DNA of 53,200 nt, counting the filler, from Corallochytrium limacisporum Hawaii (Eukaryota; Protista; Pluriformea): NCBI GenBank assembly GCA_002811645.1. It is 3 parts of 3 records of this genome, joined end to end, with 100 filler letters (N's around TTAATTAATTAA, not from the genome) between each part and the next. Parts side by side here need not be neighbours in the genome. Positions count along the whole stretch, not along the records: positions 21,805 to 42,182 come from PDIP01000170.1; 2 more parts are not named here. One strand, given 5' to 3'. Positions 21,805 through 32,617 of this stretch are shown here, in pieces. Under the pieces are notes generated by a model, which saw nothing but the letters and a program-made list of their open reading frames with translations, ran no database searches and was not told the origin of the DNA. Both the position numbers and the translations under genes were made by a program. The number at the start of each line of letters is the position of its first letter. Position 1 is the stretch's first letter.

Positions 21805-24800
21805 TGTAAATGATTGTTAAAAATAGCAAAATATAATGAAATAGAATACAATCAATATAAATTATTATACAATCAAGATTAAAAAAGATCCTCGGGAGTC
21901 AAGTTTTTCGGAGTTTTGACCCTGACATACCAGACAGAGGGTGGTACCACTACCACGGTACCCCGGGTTATATCCCCCCCCCGTCACCACCACTCGACTA
22001 ATTCATATTCTATGCATGCGCATGCGCACACTGTCTTTCTATACTCAGGGAACTGGAGGGGTGTCAGGCTGTCCGCGCGGTCGTGGCACTCGCGAACCTC
22101 GGTATGCAAATCCCTCCGTCTCCCGATCCCTTTGCATGGGAAAGTTGCAAGTTCGAACAGGCAATGTAATCTTACCGTTCCGTGCCGGTTCGTTGAGGCC
22201 ATGGATATCCTCGGAAAGAAGCCTGAGAGTGTCCCACTCACCGATCGCTGAAGGCATCGGACATGGTCTGCATCACAACTGTGACCCCAGTGTTCTGCTC
22301 TACGGAGCATGTAGAGGGCTTATGTAGATGCACGCTACTACCACATTATCCCAAAAGGTAGCAATTCACATGTCGCTTCTACGAAAGGAGAACCCGTCAG
22401 AAACTCGATTCTGGGACATGAGCAAACGAGCCGACTATTCCTACTAACACCATGCTATTTTCAAAGGATTACTGGGTACGAGACTACGAGAACCATCAAC
22501 AGGGCAGCAAATGCCAGAAACGCGAGCCTCGCGGCAGAAAGCCAGATTGGCGCCCAGAACAAGGGGCTTGGTGTGCTTGGGCCTATCTTCGTGTGCCAGT
22601 TTGCTGAGGATACCTTAGTGAGCCGTACATTGTTGAAGACGCACTTGAACATGTATCGGATATGCGCACTTGCATGTGCATGGAGCCACGCCCGTACGAC
22701 AGTGATGTTACAGTTGCGAAATACAACTAACGCTTCCTGTTATTGCTCCACACCCCCGTACCCAACCGTGCCCCATGTGTGACCACAGTGTGCGATTTGT
22801 ATCGAGCATGGAAGGAGCGAGCCATTCGGGTTGACCCAGAGTCGCTATTAACTGAACCCCTTTCCCCAAGAGAATATTATTTATATGAATTATCACCGTT
22901 TCCAAAACGGGGGCCAAGAGGAAATTAGACTCCCAATGGTAAACCTCGGCAGAGCGCACTGAACCTCTCTTCCCTCTCGGTCAGGGTTGACCGGTGCCCT
23001 CTACCGCCCTAGGAACGCATAGTCAATAGCGGTCGCTTGAAACCAGTGAGAATACCGGGCCCCACCACCCGGCCGAGGGGGGGGACCCTGAAGAAGTGCG
23101 CTGGTCCCAACGCCTCGGCAAAGTGGAAATGAGAAGAAATGAAAAGGAGAGAACTCAGTCCAGCTTACTCGGGCCCCTCCCCTTCCCAACCAGCTAAATT
23201 GCCGCGGCATGGGTTGTTGCAAGAGATGCGCGCGTTCGCCCGGTATCGGGAAGGTGAGTGGCAGCCTCAAACATGCCGTCGCTGGGGCTCTCTGACATGT
23301 CTGTAGCTCTTTGTATGTTCGCTCCCGTGCCGAGGCCCGGGTACAAAAAAAAGAAGAGACACCAGTCGATTTACGGGTGTTGTTCGGTCGGGTGATAATT
23401 CCGGCTCTGCGCACCCCGATGCTTTCCCTGTGTTGGTGTGACCCTGGGGCTCTGGGAACCCCGTCAGTGCCCCTCGTCTACCACTCTTTCGGGGGACAGG
23501 TGCGCGATGCATCCCTTTGCCAGCTGCGATAGATCGGAGTGGATCTCAATGTTGTCCGCACAACTAAAAGCAAAGTATAGAAAACCACGAGGATGTCTTT
23601 CGCAAAATGAAATGGTGCACATTAAAGAAGTGCTGGTATTAAACATTCATTCTGACGAAACCCAATATGAAAAGCAGCACACTAGCGCCGACCGATTTGA
23701 CGATGTGGCCCTCGAATGCTGCGCAGCAGATTTGGTCCGGGCACCACAACGGGCTCAGTTGCTATTACGGATGATGACCGGTTTCAGAGCGCCAGCTTCC
23801 TTCTCTGCAGGAGCGGAACCTCGCGGTAGGTTGGAAGGAGGGGTCACCCTCCCAGCCCCTCCTTTGGTCCGTACCGACCAGAGACCCCCGTGCCCGTTGT
23901 TTTGGAGTGGGGGAGAGGGCGTATGATAGCCTGGTGATGTTATGCACATTGCGACTGGTACTGGGGTAACGAGAAAAGTGATGAAATGACAGGTAACGCG
24001 GGAAGGATGAGTTCTGCTTGGAGAAATTGGCCATCGACTTGCCGTTTCGAGACGAGTTGCTGCTAGTAATCGATGGTGGTGGTGATGATGTTGCTCACTA
24101 TGTGCAAGACAAGGGAATGCGAGATAAGCTGGCGAGATTACCACAACTCAGCGCGAAATCAGTACCAAAGCCTGAACCTCACCGCGGCCGGGCTTGGTGT
24201 TGGACAGCAAACAAAAGGAACACCGTACCAGTACAAGCACGCATCATCAAAAGAACCAAACAGATCGGGACCACCTTGTTTTACGCGCAATACTCTGCGC
24301 AGTCCCAACACAGATTGACACATTTTGGTAAGTTCTCCTAGATTGCGCAAAATCGGAAGGAACAAATCGGATCACTCGTACGAGTGAAAATGCCGACGGC
24401 TCCGTCCCTCCCCGAGAGAGCGCGGGTCAGGGGGTCAGTTCCTTTTCTTTTTTTTTTGCTTCAGCACCTACCCCCAAGCCTGCCCTTTCTTTTTTTACGG
24501 CACCGGTGTGTGTGCCTCCGAATAAGAATGGGGGTCCAGTCTACGACACGTAGGCCGCGCTACAAAAACGGGGTGACGAACGTCCCCCCTCCCGAGGGGG
24601 GGAGGGGCTCTCCTTCCTCTCCGCCGCACACACACCAGCCATTCGTCTTCGGTGAAGGGGAGAAAGGGGGAAAGCCACGGTGGGGCTGGGGAGGGAAGGA
24701 GGGTGAGCCATTGATCCGTAGCGGATTCTGCTTCATCAGGCTCTCATACAAATGCGATCTCGCCTGACGTACACCAGCATTGCGTATAGGCAACTAACCG

Positions 24801-24965
24801 GACACTTTATTCTGCGGTTTTGGACAAATCAGAACGATTGTAGGTTTGCCTCGGGATACTACAAGGGTATTTAATTTTTAATACGGAAGATCATAGGAGT
24901 CGCGTCTATCGAATCTGTTCAACAGTTGTTTGAGTCAGGGTGAAAATCGCACGCATAAAACAACC

Positions 24966-26525
24966 ATGAAGACATTGTTTCTCGCGGGTCTGCTTCTGGT
25001 CTTGGCTGCTGTAGCTATCCGCCGCCTATGGGCTAAGTTCTTCCCGGAACGAATCTATAATGCTGCACTGAAGATACCCGGCTACAAGCCAACAAACTAT
25101 TGGATCGGCAACACAGACATCATCCCCAAAGAGGGTTATAAAATGTATGACTGGGAGACTCATATGCAAGAAAAGTTTGGCGATGTCACAGTTCAGTTCC
25201 TGGGCCCGCTTCCAATGTTCCAGATCCATTCTGCTAAGGCCGCAGAGACCGTTTTCAAGAGCTACCAGTTCTTAGAGAAGAACTTCATATACAAAGTGAT
25301 CAAGCCGTGGTTAGGACCTGGCCTGCTGATTGCTGGCGGTAGTAAATGGCACGGACGGCGTCGTCAGCTCACTCCTGCATTTCATTTCGATATTCTCAAG
25401 GAATACTTCCCCATATTCCAGGAGCAGGCAATGATATTCCGCAACAAACTAGCGAAACGGGGCTGTGTAGAAGGAAAAGTGATTGATATTTTCCACGAAG
25501 GCACGCTCGCGACATTGGACATTATCAATGAAGCGGCCATGGGAACGAAGATTGAAGCACAGTCTTTCCCGGACTCAGAGTATGTCCAAGCGGTTCTCCG
25601 CATGAGTGAGATTGCTACCGATCGGATCGTCTCCCCGCTGAGTTTGGTATCTGATGCCTACTATTACAACTGCACTTCTCTGGGCCAGGAAGAATTGAGA
25701 ACACTCAAGATGTTGCACGACTTTACGGACAAAACCATCAACACCCGGAGGGCTATCTTCCATGATATGGACCCAGAAGAATACAAGAACAGAAAGCGCA
25801 TGGTGTTCCTTGATTTACTTCTGAAGCTGCAGCAGGACTGTCCGGAGGGCATGACGGATGTTGACATGCGCAATGAAGTCGACACATTCATGTTCGAAGG
25901 CCATGACACTACTGCAGCGGGCATTGGCTGGACCTTCTACGAACTTGGACGACACCCTGAGATCCAGCAGAAACTGCAGCAGGAACTGGATGCTGTTTTG
26001 GGTGATAAGGACGTGCCAGACTTTGATGACATCAAGAAGCTTGAGTACCTGAATATGGTCGTGAAAGAAGCCTTGCGAGTGCATCCATCCGTCTCAGCGA
26101 TTGGACGTGAGGCTGGTGAGGATCTCATGGTAGAGGGTCACTTGATTCCTAAGGGGGCAACCATCCAACTGATCTTGCACAATATGTGCGTTCATAAGGA
26201 CGACTTTGTGGACCCGTTGACCTTCGACCCGGAACGTTGGGCAGCCCATCCTCCTAAGAAATACCTCGAGAAGAAACCACATCCGATGGCTGCCATTGCC
26301 TTCAGTGCCGGGCCACGGAACTGTATTGGGCAGAAGTTTGCCACCTACGAAGAGAAGGTACTAATTGCTACTGTCCTGAAGTCGCTCAATCTTGAGACTG
26401 TTAAGGACACCACCCCACGGGCGGAGCTCATCACCCGTCCCTTCGACGGCGTCTTGGTCAAGCTCACACCACGCGTGCACGAGGGTGCCATCAATGAGAT
26501 GGCTGACAGTTTCGCAGCCGCGTAG
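24966..26525 (+). CDS. Cytochrome P450, CYP4 clan
   Basis: N-terminal anchor, PWLGPGLL, LTPAFHF, I-helix EVDTFMFEGHDTT, EALR, DPERW and heme motif FSAGPRNCIG. Start set to ACCATG at 24966. Confidence 0.95.
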   Translation: MKTLFLAGLLLVLAAVAIRRLWAKFFPERIYNAALKIPGYKPTNYWIGNTDIIPKEGYKMYDWETHMQEKFGDVTVQFLGPLPMFQIHSAKAAETVFKSYQFLEKNFIYKVIKPWLGPGLLIAGGSKWHGRRRQLTPAFHFDILKEYFPIFQEQAMIFRNKLAKRGCVEGKVIDIFHEGTLATLDIINEAAMGTKIEAQSFPDSEYVQAVLRMSEIATDRIVSPLSLVSDAYYYNCTSLGQEELRTLKMLHDFTDKTINTRRAIFHDMDPEEYKNRKRMVFLDLLLKLQQDCPEGMTDVDMRNEVDTFMFEGHDTTAAGIGWTFYELGRHPEIQQKLQQELDAVLGDKDVPDFDDIKKLEYLNMVVKEALRVHPSVSAIGREAGEDLMVEGHLIPKGATIQLILHNMCVHKDDFVDPLTFDPERWAAHPPKKYLEKKPHPMAAIAFSAGPRNCIGQKFATYEEKVLIATVLKSLNLETVKDTTPRAELITRPFDGVLVKLTPRVHEGAINEMADSFAAA

Positions 26526-26623
26526 ATCAGTCACAAACGTTTAACATAATGCTCTATCATCATAAAATGTATCATGGTCTATTACTAAGATTAAAATTCA
26601 GGGGAACCACAATGCACACTGTT

Positions 26624-28690
26624 TCATGCTGTAACCTGATGTAAGCGCATATGTTCACGCTCTGCATTGTGCTCTCTGCGAAGGAGTGCCACCTCCACCT
26701 CTTCCGGGTTATCCGGAATTGTGAAAGCGAGGGCCGCAGCTACCACGATCAGTGTGTGCTCTACAAAGAACACTACCGTCGTTGCGAGTTTTATGTCCTT
26801 CTCCGCGTCATCTGTTCCCTCGATGTAGGCATACAAGCTCTCGTACCAGTCATCCACGTATTTGTTACCGAAAGCAAAGATGTAGGAGTTCGTAAATTGC
26901 GCCAGGGCAGCCGTGATGCTCAACAAGGGCATCCAGCTACCAATGTCAGGCACCAGATTCGGGCGTGGCCGTCTCACGGCGTAGAGCAACTTGGTCATGT
27001 CCTGTCTGACCTCAATCAAATTGGCCAACAGAGCAGCAAGGCCGCCGAACGGGAAAGCAGCCGCAAACAGAGTGACATAGCCAAATTGAATAACCATTTC
27101 AAGGTAGTCGTCGAAGGCCTCATATTCATCTGCCAGTAGGTTACGGTACACACGCTGTCGCAAGTCATCAGCATCCGTTCTGTTAATCTCCTTGGCTACG
27201 TCGTCATCCTTCTTGTGATCTCCGGCCGCAAATTCCTTCCTCAACTCTCTTTCTCCGAGTTTCCGTGCCGTTCTCTCCATTATCAAAGGTAGAACTAGTT
27301 CAGTAACGAATCGCCGTCCCTGGTCGGTGATGAATAGAGAGACTAACTCTGTACGCAGCCGAACAATGTTAACCTGGTAAAAGGCTATGTAGAGCAAAGG
27401 CAAATAACAGTCCATGGCCTCAAAAAGGAACCGTTTGATCAGTACCGCATTCATAAACTGCTCCTCAGTACGGTAATTCTCCCATTCGGTCAATTTCACA
27501 CTAAACTTACGGTAGGTGATGTTCAGAATCTGGATGAAGATGGCATGGCCAATGGGTGGCACGAAAGCCATGAGGTCACTGTCGGGGTCAAATATGGCGC
27601 CCTTCTGTGCCAGAGCTGCAAGTTTCGGGAAATAGAATGGCGAAGTTGGTGAAGTGATGTAGCCTTGAAGGTTCAAGGACATCACCATGATCACCCCGAC
27701 CGCAGAGATGAACGGAAGGGTGGCTAACAGACTTGCAAACTGCCGGAGAGCCCGCTTCCAAGAAGGATAGACAAGCACCGCTTCACCGGTTACTGCACTT
27801 GTGCCTTTCTCTCCAAAGTATGAGGGACGGACGCGTTCCCGACGGTAGACGTTCAATGATCCCCACTCTAGAGACGCCCGACGACTCTCCCGGTTCCAGA
27901 ACTTGAGAAATATTACACCGTACAGGGCCATGCCCGCACTAAAGAGCGGTAGAAAGACGTTGTCCGCCGGTGCACCCCCGAGAAAGGAGACTACAGGTCC
28001 AACCAGGGCAGGAAGCATCAGCCAGCGACAATAGCTTTGCATGAACGCAAAATAAATCGCAACTTCATCCCCAAAGTAGTCACGAATCTCGTCCAAGTGC
28101 ATGGAAAAGCGGGAGGTCATAATATGCTTTGCTAGTTTGCCCCGGTGGACCTTGGTGTGCAATGGGAACACCGATTCGACCAATCCAAGGGATTGCAGAT
28201 TCAGCAACACCAAGTCATTAGTAACCTTAGCTCGAGGGTAGAGTGCGTCGCCCATTTCTTCACAGAAAGTGTCATCATGCCGGAGATTATCGAGGACACT
28301 GAAGATGATGTACGCCTGCTCCCCAGTGGAGAACAGTCCGTATGGTCCTTTCTCGTAGCCTTCGAATAGATCGGCTGCTTCAAGTGCGAAGTTTATCGGA
28401 TATGGCTCTAGCGACTTATCCTTCAGGCGCTTCGGAATGCGATGCTTGCGCGCGAGCTGGAAGACCTGATCCTCCGGCAAAGTGATCACGCAGGCCCTGC
28501 GCAGGAGATTGGCTGGACCACTGGAGGTACCCGTCTTAGAGTTCAGGGTACATTCGACCACGTCCAAATGATGCCTTCGCATGATGCCTGTGAGGCTGGA
28601 CTGGATCTTTTCTGCTGAGGCATGGTCTGCGATCTCGACACAGACCTCAGCCTTCTTCGCAGGATAGTCTGGTTTCTTTAATTCCACCAT
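26624..28690 (-). CDS. Anoctamin/TMEM16 (ANO10/ANO8-like) channel-scramblase
   Basis: EIRDYFGDEVAIYFAF, LTEWENYRT and DDYLEMVIQFGYVTLFAAAFP...NLIEVRQD...DIGSW, with multiple TM helices. First ATG at 28690. Confidence 0.93.
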   Translation of the reverse strand: MVELKKPDYPAKKAEVCVEIADHASAEKIQSSLTGIMRRHHLDVVECTLNSKTGTSSGPANLLRRACVITLPEDQVFQLARKHRIPKRLKDKSLEPYPINFALEAADLFEGYEKGPYGLFSTGEQAYIIFSVLDNLRHDDTFCEEMGDALYPRAKVTNDLVLLNLQSLGLVESVFPLHTKVHRGKLAKHIMTSRFSMHLDEIRDYFGDEVAIYFAFMQSYCRWLMLPALVGPVVSFLGGAPADNVFLPLFSAGMALYGVIFLKFWNRESRRASLEWGSLNVYRRERVRPSYFGEKGTSAVTGEAVLVYPSWKRALRQFASLLATLPFISAVGVIMVMSLNLQGYITSPTSPFYFPKLAALAQKGAIFDPDSDLMAFVPPIGHAIFIQILNITYRKFSVKLTEWENYRTEEQFMNAVLIKRFLFEAMDCYLPLLYIAFYQVNIVRLRTELVSLFITDQGRRFVTELVLPLIMERTARKLGERELRKEFAAGDHKKDDDVAKEINRTDADDLRQRVYRNLLADEYEAFDDYLEMVIQFGYVTLFAAAFPFGGLAALLANLIEVRQDMTKLLYAVRRPRPNLVPDIGSWMPLLSITAALAQFTNSYIFAFGNKYVDDWYESLYAYIEGTDDAEKDIKLATTVVFFVEHTLIVVAAALAFTIPDNPEEVEVALLRREHNAEREHMRLHQVTA

Positions 28691-29445
28691 CGCTTGAGCA
28701 CCAACCGGTCGGGCGCTAAGGAAAGCACTGGCCCACACAAGGCACAACTAATACACTGCCTGGGGTGATTCGATGTCTCTAATAAAACTCACGTGGTGTT
28801 CTATTCCTTTGTTACGTACCTTTTCGAAGCAGACAGACACCATCACGCTCACTACAAGCAACAATGATGAGCACGGGGTCTCACCTTACGTCCATCGGTG
28901 GAAGTATTCTGCAGAATCTCTTGCCCAATTTTTCACTCCACTTCGTCTTTGTACGGAAAAGAAAGCGGGGAAAATTGGGCACTTCGGAAGCGGTGCACGA
29001 ATGGCAGGGGGGGGGTTAAGGGAGAGGGGGCACAACCAATAAGAATTGGACGAGATCCAGGGAACGAATCGGCATGACTCTCATCTTCAACATCATCTCT
29101 TGTCAACGGTACGCGTCATGATCGTCATTATCCAAGTCTGTGCACTGCCATCAATTAACTCATAGCAGCACGTTAACTCTGTGGTCACAGCACCGATGAG
29201 TCTTTACAACCGCAGCCAAGGATCACTAACATACAACAGCCGAACACACAACTTGCTCAAACATCACAAACAGGTAATAGGCCGATTCTTTTTGCTTTCA
29301 TTTTTTGAGATTTTAGTCATATTAAGACTTCAACAGGCGTACACAAAAGTTCAAATTGTGACCGCTACGGATAGGAATCACCCAGCATCCAGCGGGCCAA
29401 AACCAACCGATTCACTGTTGACTTTTACGATGAGCTCACATAACC

Positions 29446-29802
29446 TCAGACATAGCCAAAGGTGTTCTCTCCACTGTATGTGATGTACAGGAAGCCATCT
29501 TCGTCCTTGTGACTATCGTATACTGTGGCAATCGTCGCGCAGGGCGGGGGAAGAATAGTATTGACATAAATGAAAATGGCCTTCTCCGGACTTAGGCTAA
29601 TGCGCTTACGAATGAAGTGCATAAACTCACCCACTGTCAGGTCCACGGGAACCAAATACTTCCGCTTGTCAATGTCCGGAATGTCCGACTTCTCTGCCTT
29701 CTCCACAATGACGGGGATGCGGTCCTCATACTTCTCGCGGATGCGCTGCGCCTCCCGCTTGCGCTTTTCCAGCGAGTGCTCTTCCTTGAATGCAAATCCC
29801 AT
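29446..29802 (-). CDS. ATG8: Autophagy ubiquitin-like protein ATG8/GABARAP
   Basis: [13 protein letters not shown] and [19 protein letters not shown] plus YV, i.e. an ATG4-cleavable Gly with a 2-residue tail. Confidence 0.97.
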   Translation of the reverse strand: MGFAFKEEHSLEKRKREAQRIREKYEDRIPVIVEKAEKSDIPDIDKRKYLVPVDLTVGEFMHFIRKRISLSPEKAIFIYVNTILPPPCATIATVYDSHKDEDGFLYITYSGENTFGYV

Positions 29803-29824
29803 GGTTGTTTGTTATAGATTACTT

Positions 29825-29879
29825 CTAAGATAAACAGTTATTGTATCTTCCAGAAAATGGCGTGGCCCCAGCTACGTAC
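29825..29879 (-). other. Candidate 5'UTR intron of ATG8 (55 nt)
   Basis: On the minus strand: TAG|GTACGT donor, AATAAC branch-like site and TTTATCTTAG acceptor 22 nt upstream of the ATG. Confidence 0.5.
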
Positions 29880-30313
29880 CTAAAAATTTCGTCGGAAGGT
29901 GAGTAGAGAATGATTGGACCAAGTCGGAGCCCTGGTCACAGTACTTCTATTACAAAAGGTTTGTCTCGCGTCGCCCACAATCGTCTCTCCCGCAGTACCA
30001 GCACAGGAGTTTCTCTCACTAAAGTGATCTGGTAAGAGGCACTGTATTTCTAGGCTCTCGTTTCCGGCTGCCCCTGGATATAGTGGTCTTTCAACCGCAC
30101 TTACTGACTATTGCCGTCCGCTCTATCGGTGCAGCAGCCTTTCGTACCGATCAGGGTCCCAAATACCAGCGACATTTGACACCGAGACCCTGCTCAAAAC
30201 GATTTGGTACACATGCATACACGCAAAAACTAAAACATGATTACGAGCCACAAAACGCCACTGTACACTACCGCATAAAGGAATAATTATCAAAGCTTCG
30301 GGAACCACTCTCG

Positions 30314-30316
<3 letters not shown>

Positions 30317-30356
<40 letters not shown>
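30317..30356. repeat. (CT)20 microsatellite
   Basis: Perfect dinucleotide run read directly from the sequence. Confidence 0.95.
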
Positions 30357-30360
<4 letters not shown>

Positions 30361-30621
30361 CAGTCTATCAGCCCGCCGAGCCCGGTGAAGACCCATCGAC
30401 GACCTTTCAAAACTGTGCCCAAAACCCGCCGCCAGCCAGCGCAGCCTTTCGGGCCCTGCTTGATGGGGCCAATACTTCCCCTTCCCCCGGGGCACCGACA
30501 CCCCAACCCCCAACCCCAACCCCCCCCCTTTCTCTTCGTCGTACCGGGATAAATACTCATCTCGCCCCTTTATTTTCTCTTCTTCTTCTTTTTTTTTTTC
30601 GTTTCTTCTCTCCCTCTCGCT

Positions 30622-30942
30622 NNNNNNNNNNNNNNNNNNNNNNNNNNNNNNNNNNNNNNNNNNNNNNNNNNNNNNNNNNNNNNNNNNNNNNNNNNNNNNN
30701 NNNNNNNNNNNNNNNNNNNNNNNNNNNNNNNNNNNNNNNNNNNNNNNNNNNNNNNNNNNNNNNNNNNNNNNNNNNNNNNNNNNNNNNNNNNNNNNNNNNN
30801 NNNNNNNNNNNNNNNNNNNNNNNNNNNNNNNNNNNNNNNNNNNNNNNNNNNNNNNNNNNNNNNNNNNNNNNNNNNNNNNNNNNNNNNNNNNNNNNNNNNN
30901 NNNNNNNNNNNNNNNNNNNNNNNNNNNNNNNNNNNNNNNNNN
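30622..30942. other. Assembly gap (N run)
   Basis: N run within a polypyrimidine low-complexity region. Confidence 0.99.
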
Positions 30943-32617
30943 CCCCCTTCACTCTCTCTCTTGGCCCTTTGGCCCCCCCCCCCCTCCCCTTTCTTTGCCC
31001 TTTGCCTCGCCTCGGGTCTCTCGGCACCGGTGCCAAGAGAGAGAGAGAGAGAGACAGAGAAAAATCGACAAAGGACCCAATCCGCGATCACCGCGCCTTT
31101 TTACCGGCTGCTGACGCACTCATAGGTCTTGGTTCCTCTATCATACGTTTATTATATACAGTATGTACTGCATTTCCATGTGACTTTTGGGCTTTATGTT
31201 TTTGAATTTGCCAGGTGTTCGCAACCTACAGTTCCCCCCGCTACTCTCTCTCTCTGGCCCCCGGGGCCCGGGGGAGTCGCTGATGTGGCACACTCGTGAA
31301 GCACAGCGGGCGCCTACCGTTTGGCCACGTCATCTTACACTACCTCTATTTTACACATTCAAATGTGTATAACGGAATATTTTATAGTAAGTATATGAGG
31401 AAATGGTTGTTATTTGTATCACTATACAGTAGTTTTTGATTCTCGGCTTCCCAGTCGTCAGGAACCAGTACGGAACGGGTCCAGGCAAACCCCCCCCCCG
31501 GGGTTATTGGCATGGAAAAGGCCCCTCCCCCGGGGGGAGGGGAGAGAAAAATGTATACTGAGTGTACTACGCAAAAGAAGAAAGGACGGTGTGCGTGTGT
31601 GTGTGTGTGTATTATTCGCGAATTTTTTTCTTTGGTGCTAACTTCCCTGGCCCAAAACAAAAAAGCACCGGAGGGGTGGGGGGTGGGGGTTGGGAGTGGG
31701 TTCTCCCCCTTTCTTCGACCGCGAAAAACACACGCACTCTCTCTCTCTGTCTCGCCCGGGCCGGGCCGGTCAAACCAACCCCCGCGGGGCGGCACGGCGC
31801 GCCGTTTGCTTACGCTTCGGTACAAAGAATTCGCTGCTTCGCGGGGTTGAACTCTGAACAATGACGTGACCCTCCCTTCCGCCCGCACTTCGAAGCCCCG
31901 GAAAAAAAAGGGGGGGAAGGGAGGAGGTGCAGAGAGCGAAGTTTCGCTCAAGACCCCTCCCCCGTCTCTCCTTTTCCCTTTTCTTTTTTTTTTTCTTTTC
32001 CTTTTTCTTTTCCGCTTTCTTAACAGCTGCCGGAATTTGGGTTGGTTTTTCCCTTGTTCGTGGCGGACGTAGAATTACTATTCAGTCTCCCAGCACGCAA
32101 GACAAGAAGTTGAACCGGCGGTGGGCGTCCCGGGAAGAACCAGCGAGCACGGCCATGAGCAAGTTCGGACGCCGATTCGCATAGGCCCGGAGACTACGGA
32201 AAGTATGTCCTCAATAATAATCATATGGACATTCTGGGTGTAACAAGGACAATTCACTAGAAGAATGTTGCATGAGAGGCACGAAACTAGCCAAGAGCGG
32301 GCGCGGAGTTTTTGAAGACGCTGACAATGTCTTGGTGGCCACCAGCGGCGGGTCTCTGTGATTCACAGTGAGTCGGCTGTAAATTGTAATCGAACTTCCA
32401 TAATATTGTTTCACTGCAATAAGCAGAATCAAATGTTCACAAATTCCAATCAATCTTCCCAAGGCAGCCGGTACCCCTCCGGCTGTAGTAGCAAAATAAA
32501 CACTGGTGCCAAATTTGGCAAGATCATTGGAAATAATCCATGTAAAATCTGTCACATCTATTCTAATCTAATCTTCCCCTCTTTCTAGGGGTGCCCAGAC
32601 ATGCCAACGTCCCATCA

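Larger units (their letters stand above)
30300..32020. repeat. Low-complexity island: (CT)n, (GA)n, (GT)n, poly-C/G/T tracts and G/C palindromes
   Basis: Dense homopolymers and microsatellites between ATG8 and ARMT1, with no credible ORF. Confidence 0.85.

Noticed and set aside
24160-24341. PEPHRGRAWCWTANK resembling CRESS-DNA virus Rep motif I
   Set aside because: No xHxQG motif II, YxxK motif III or Walker A was found downstream.
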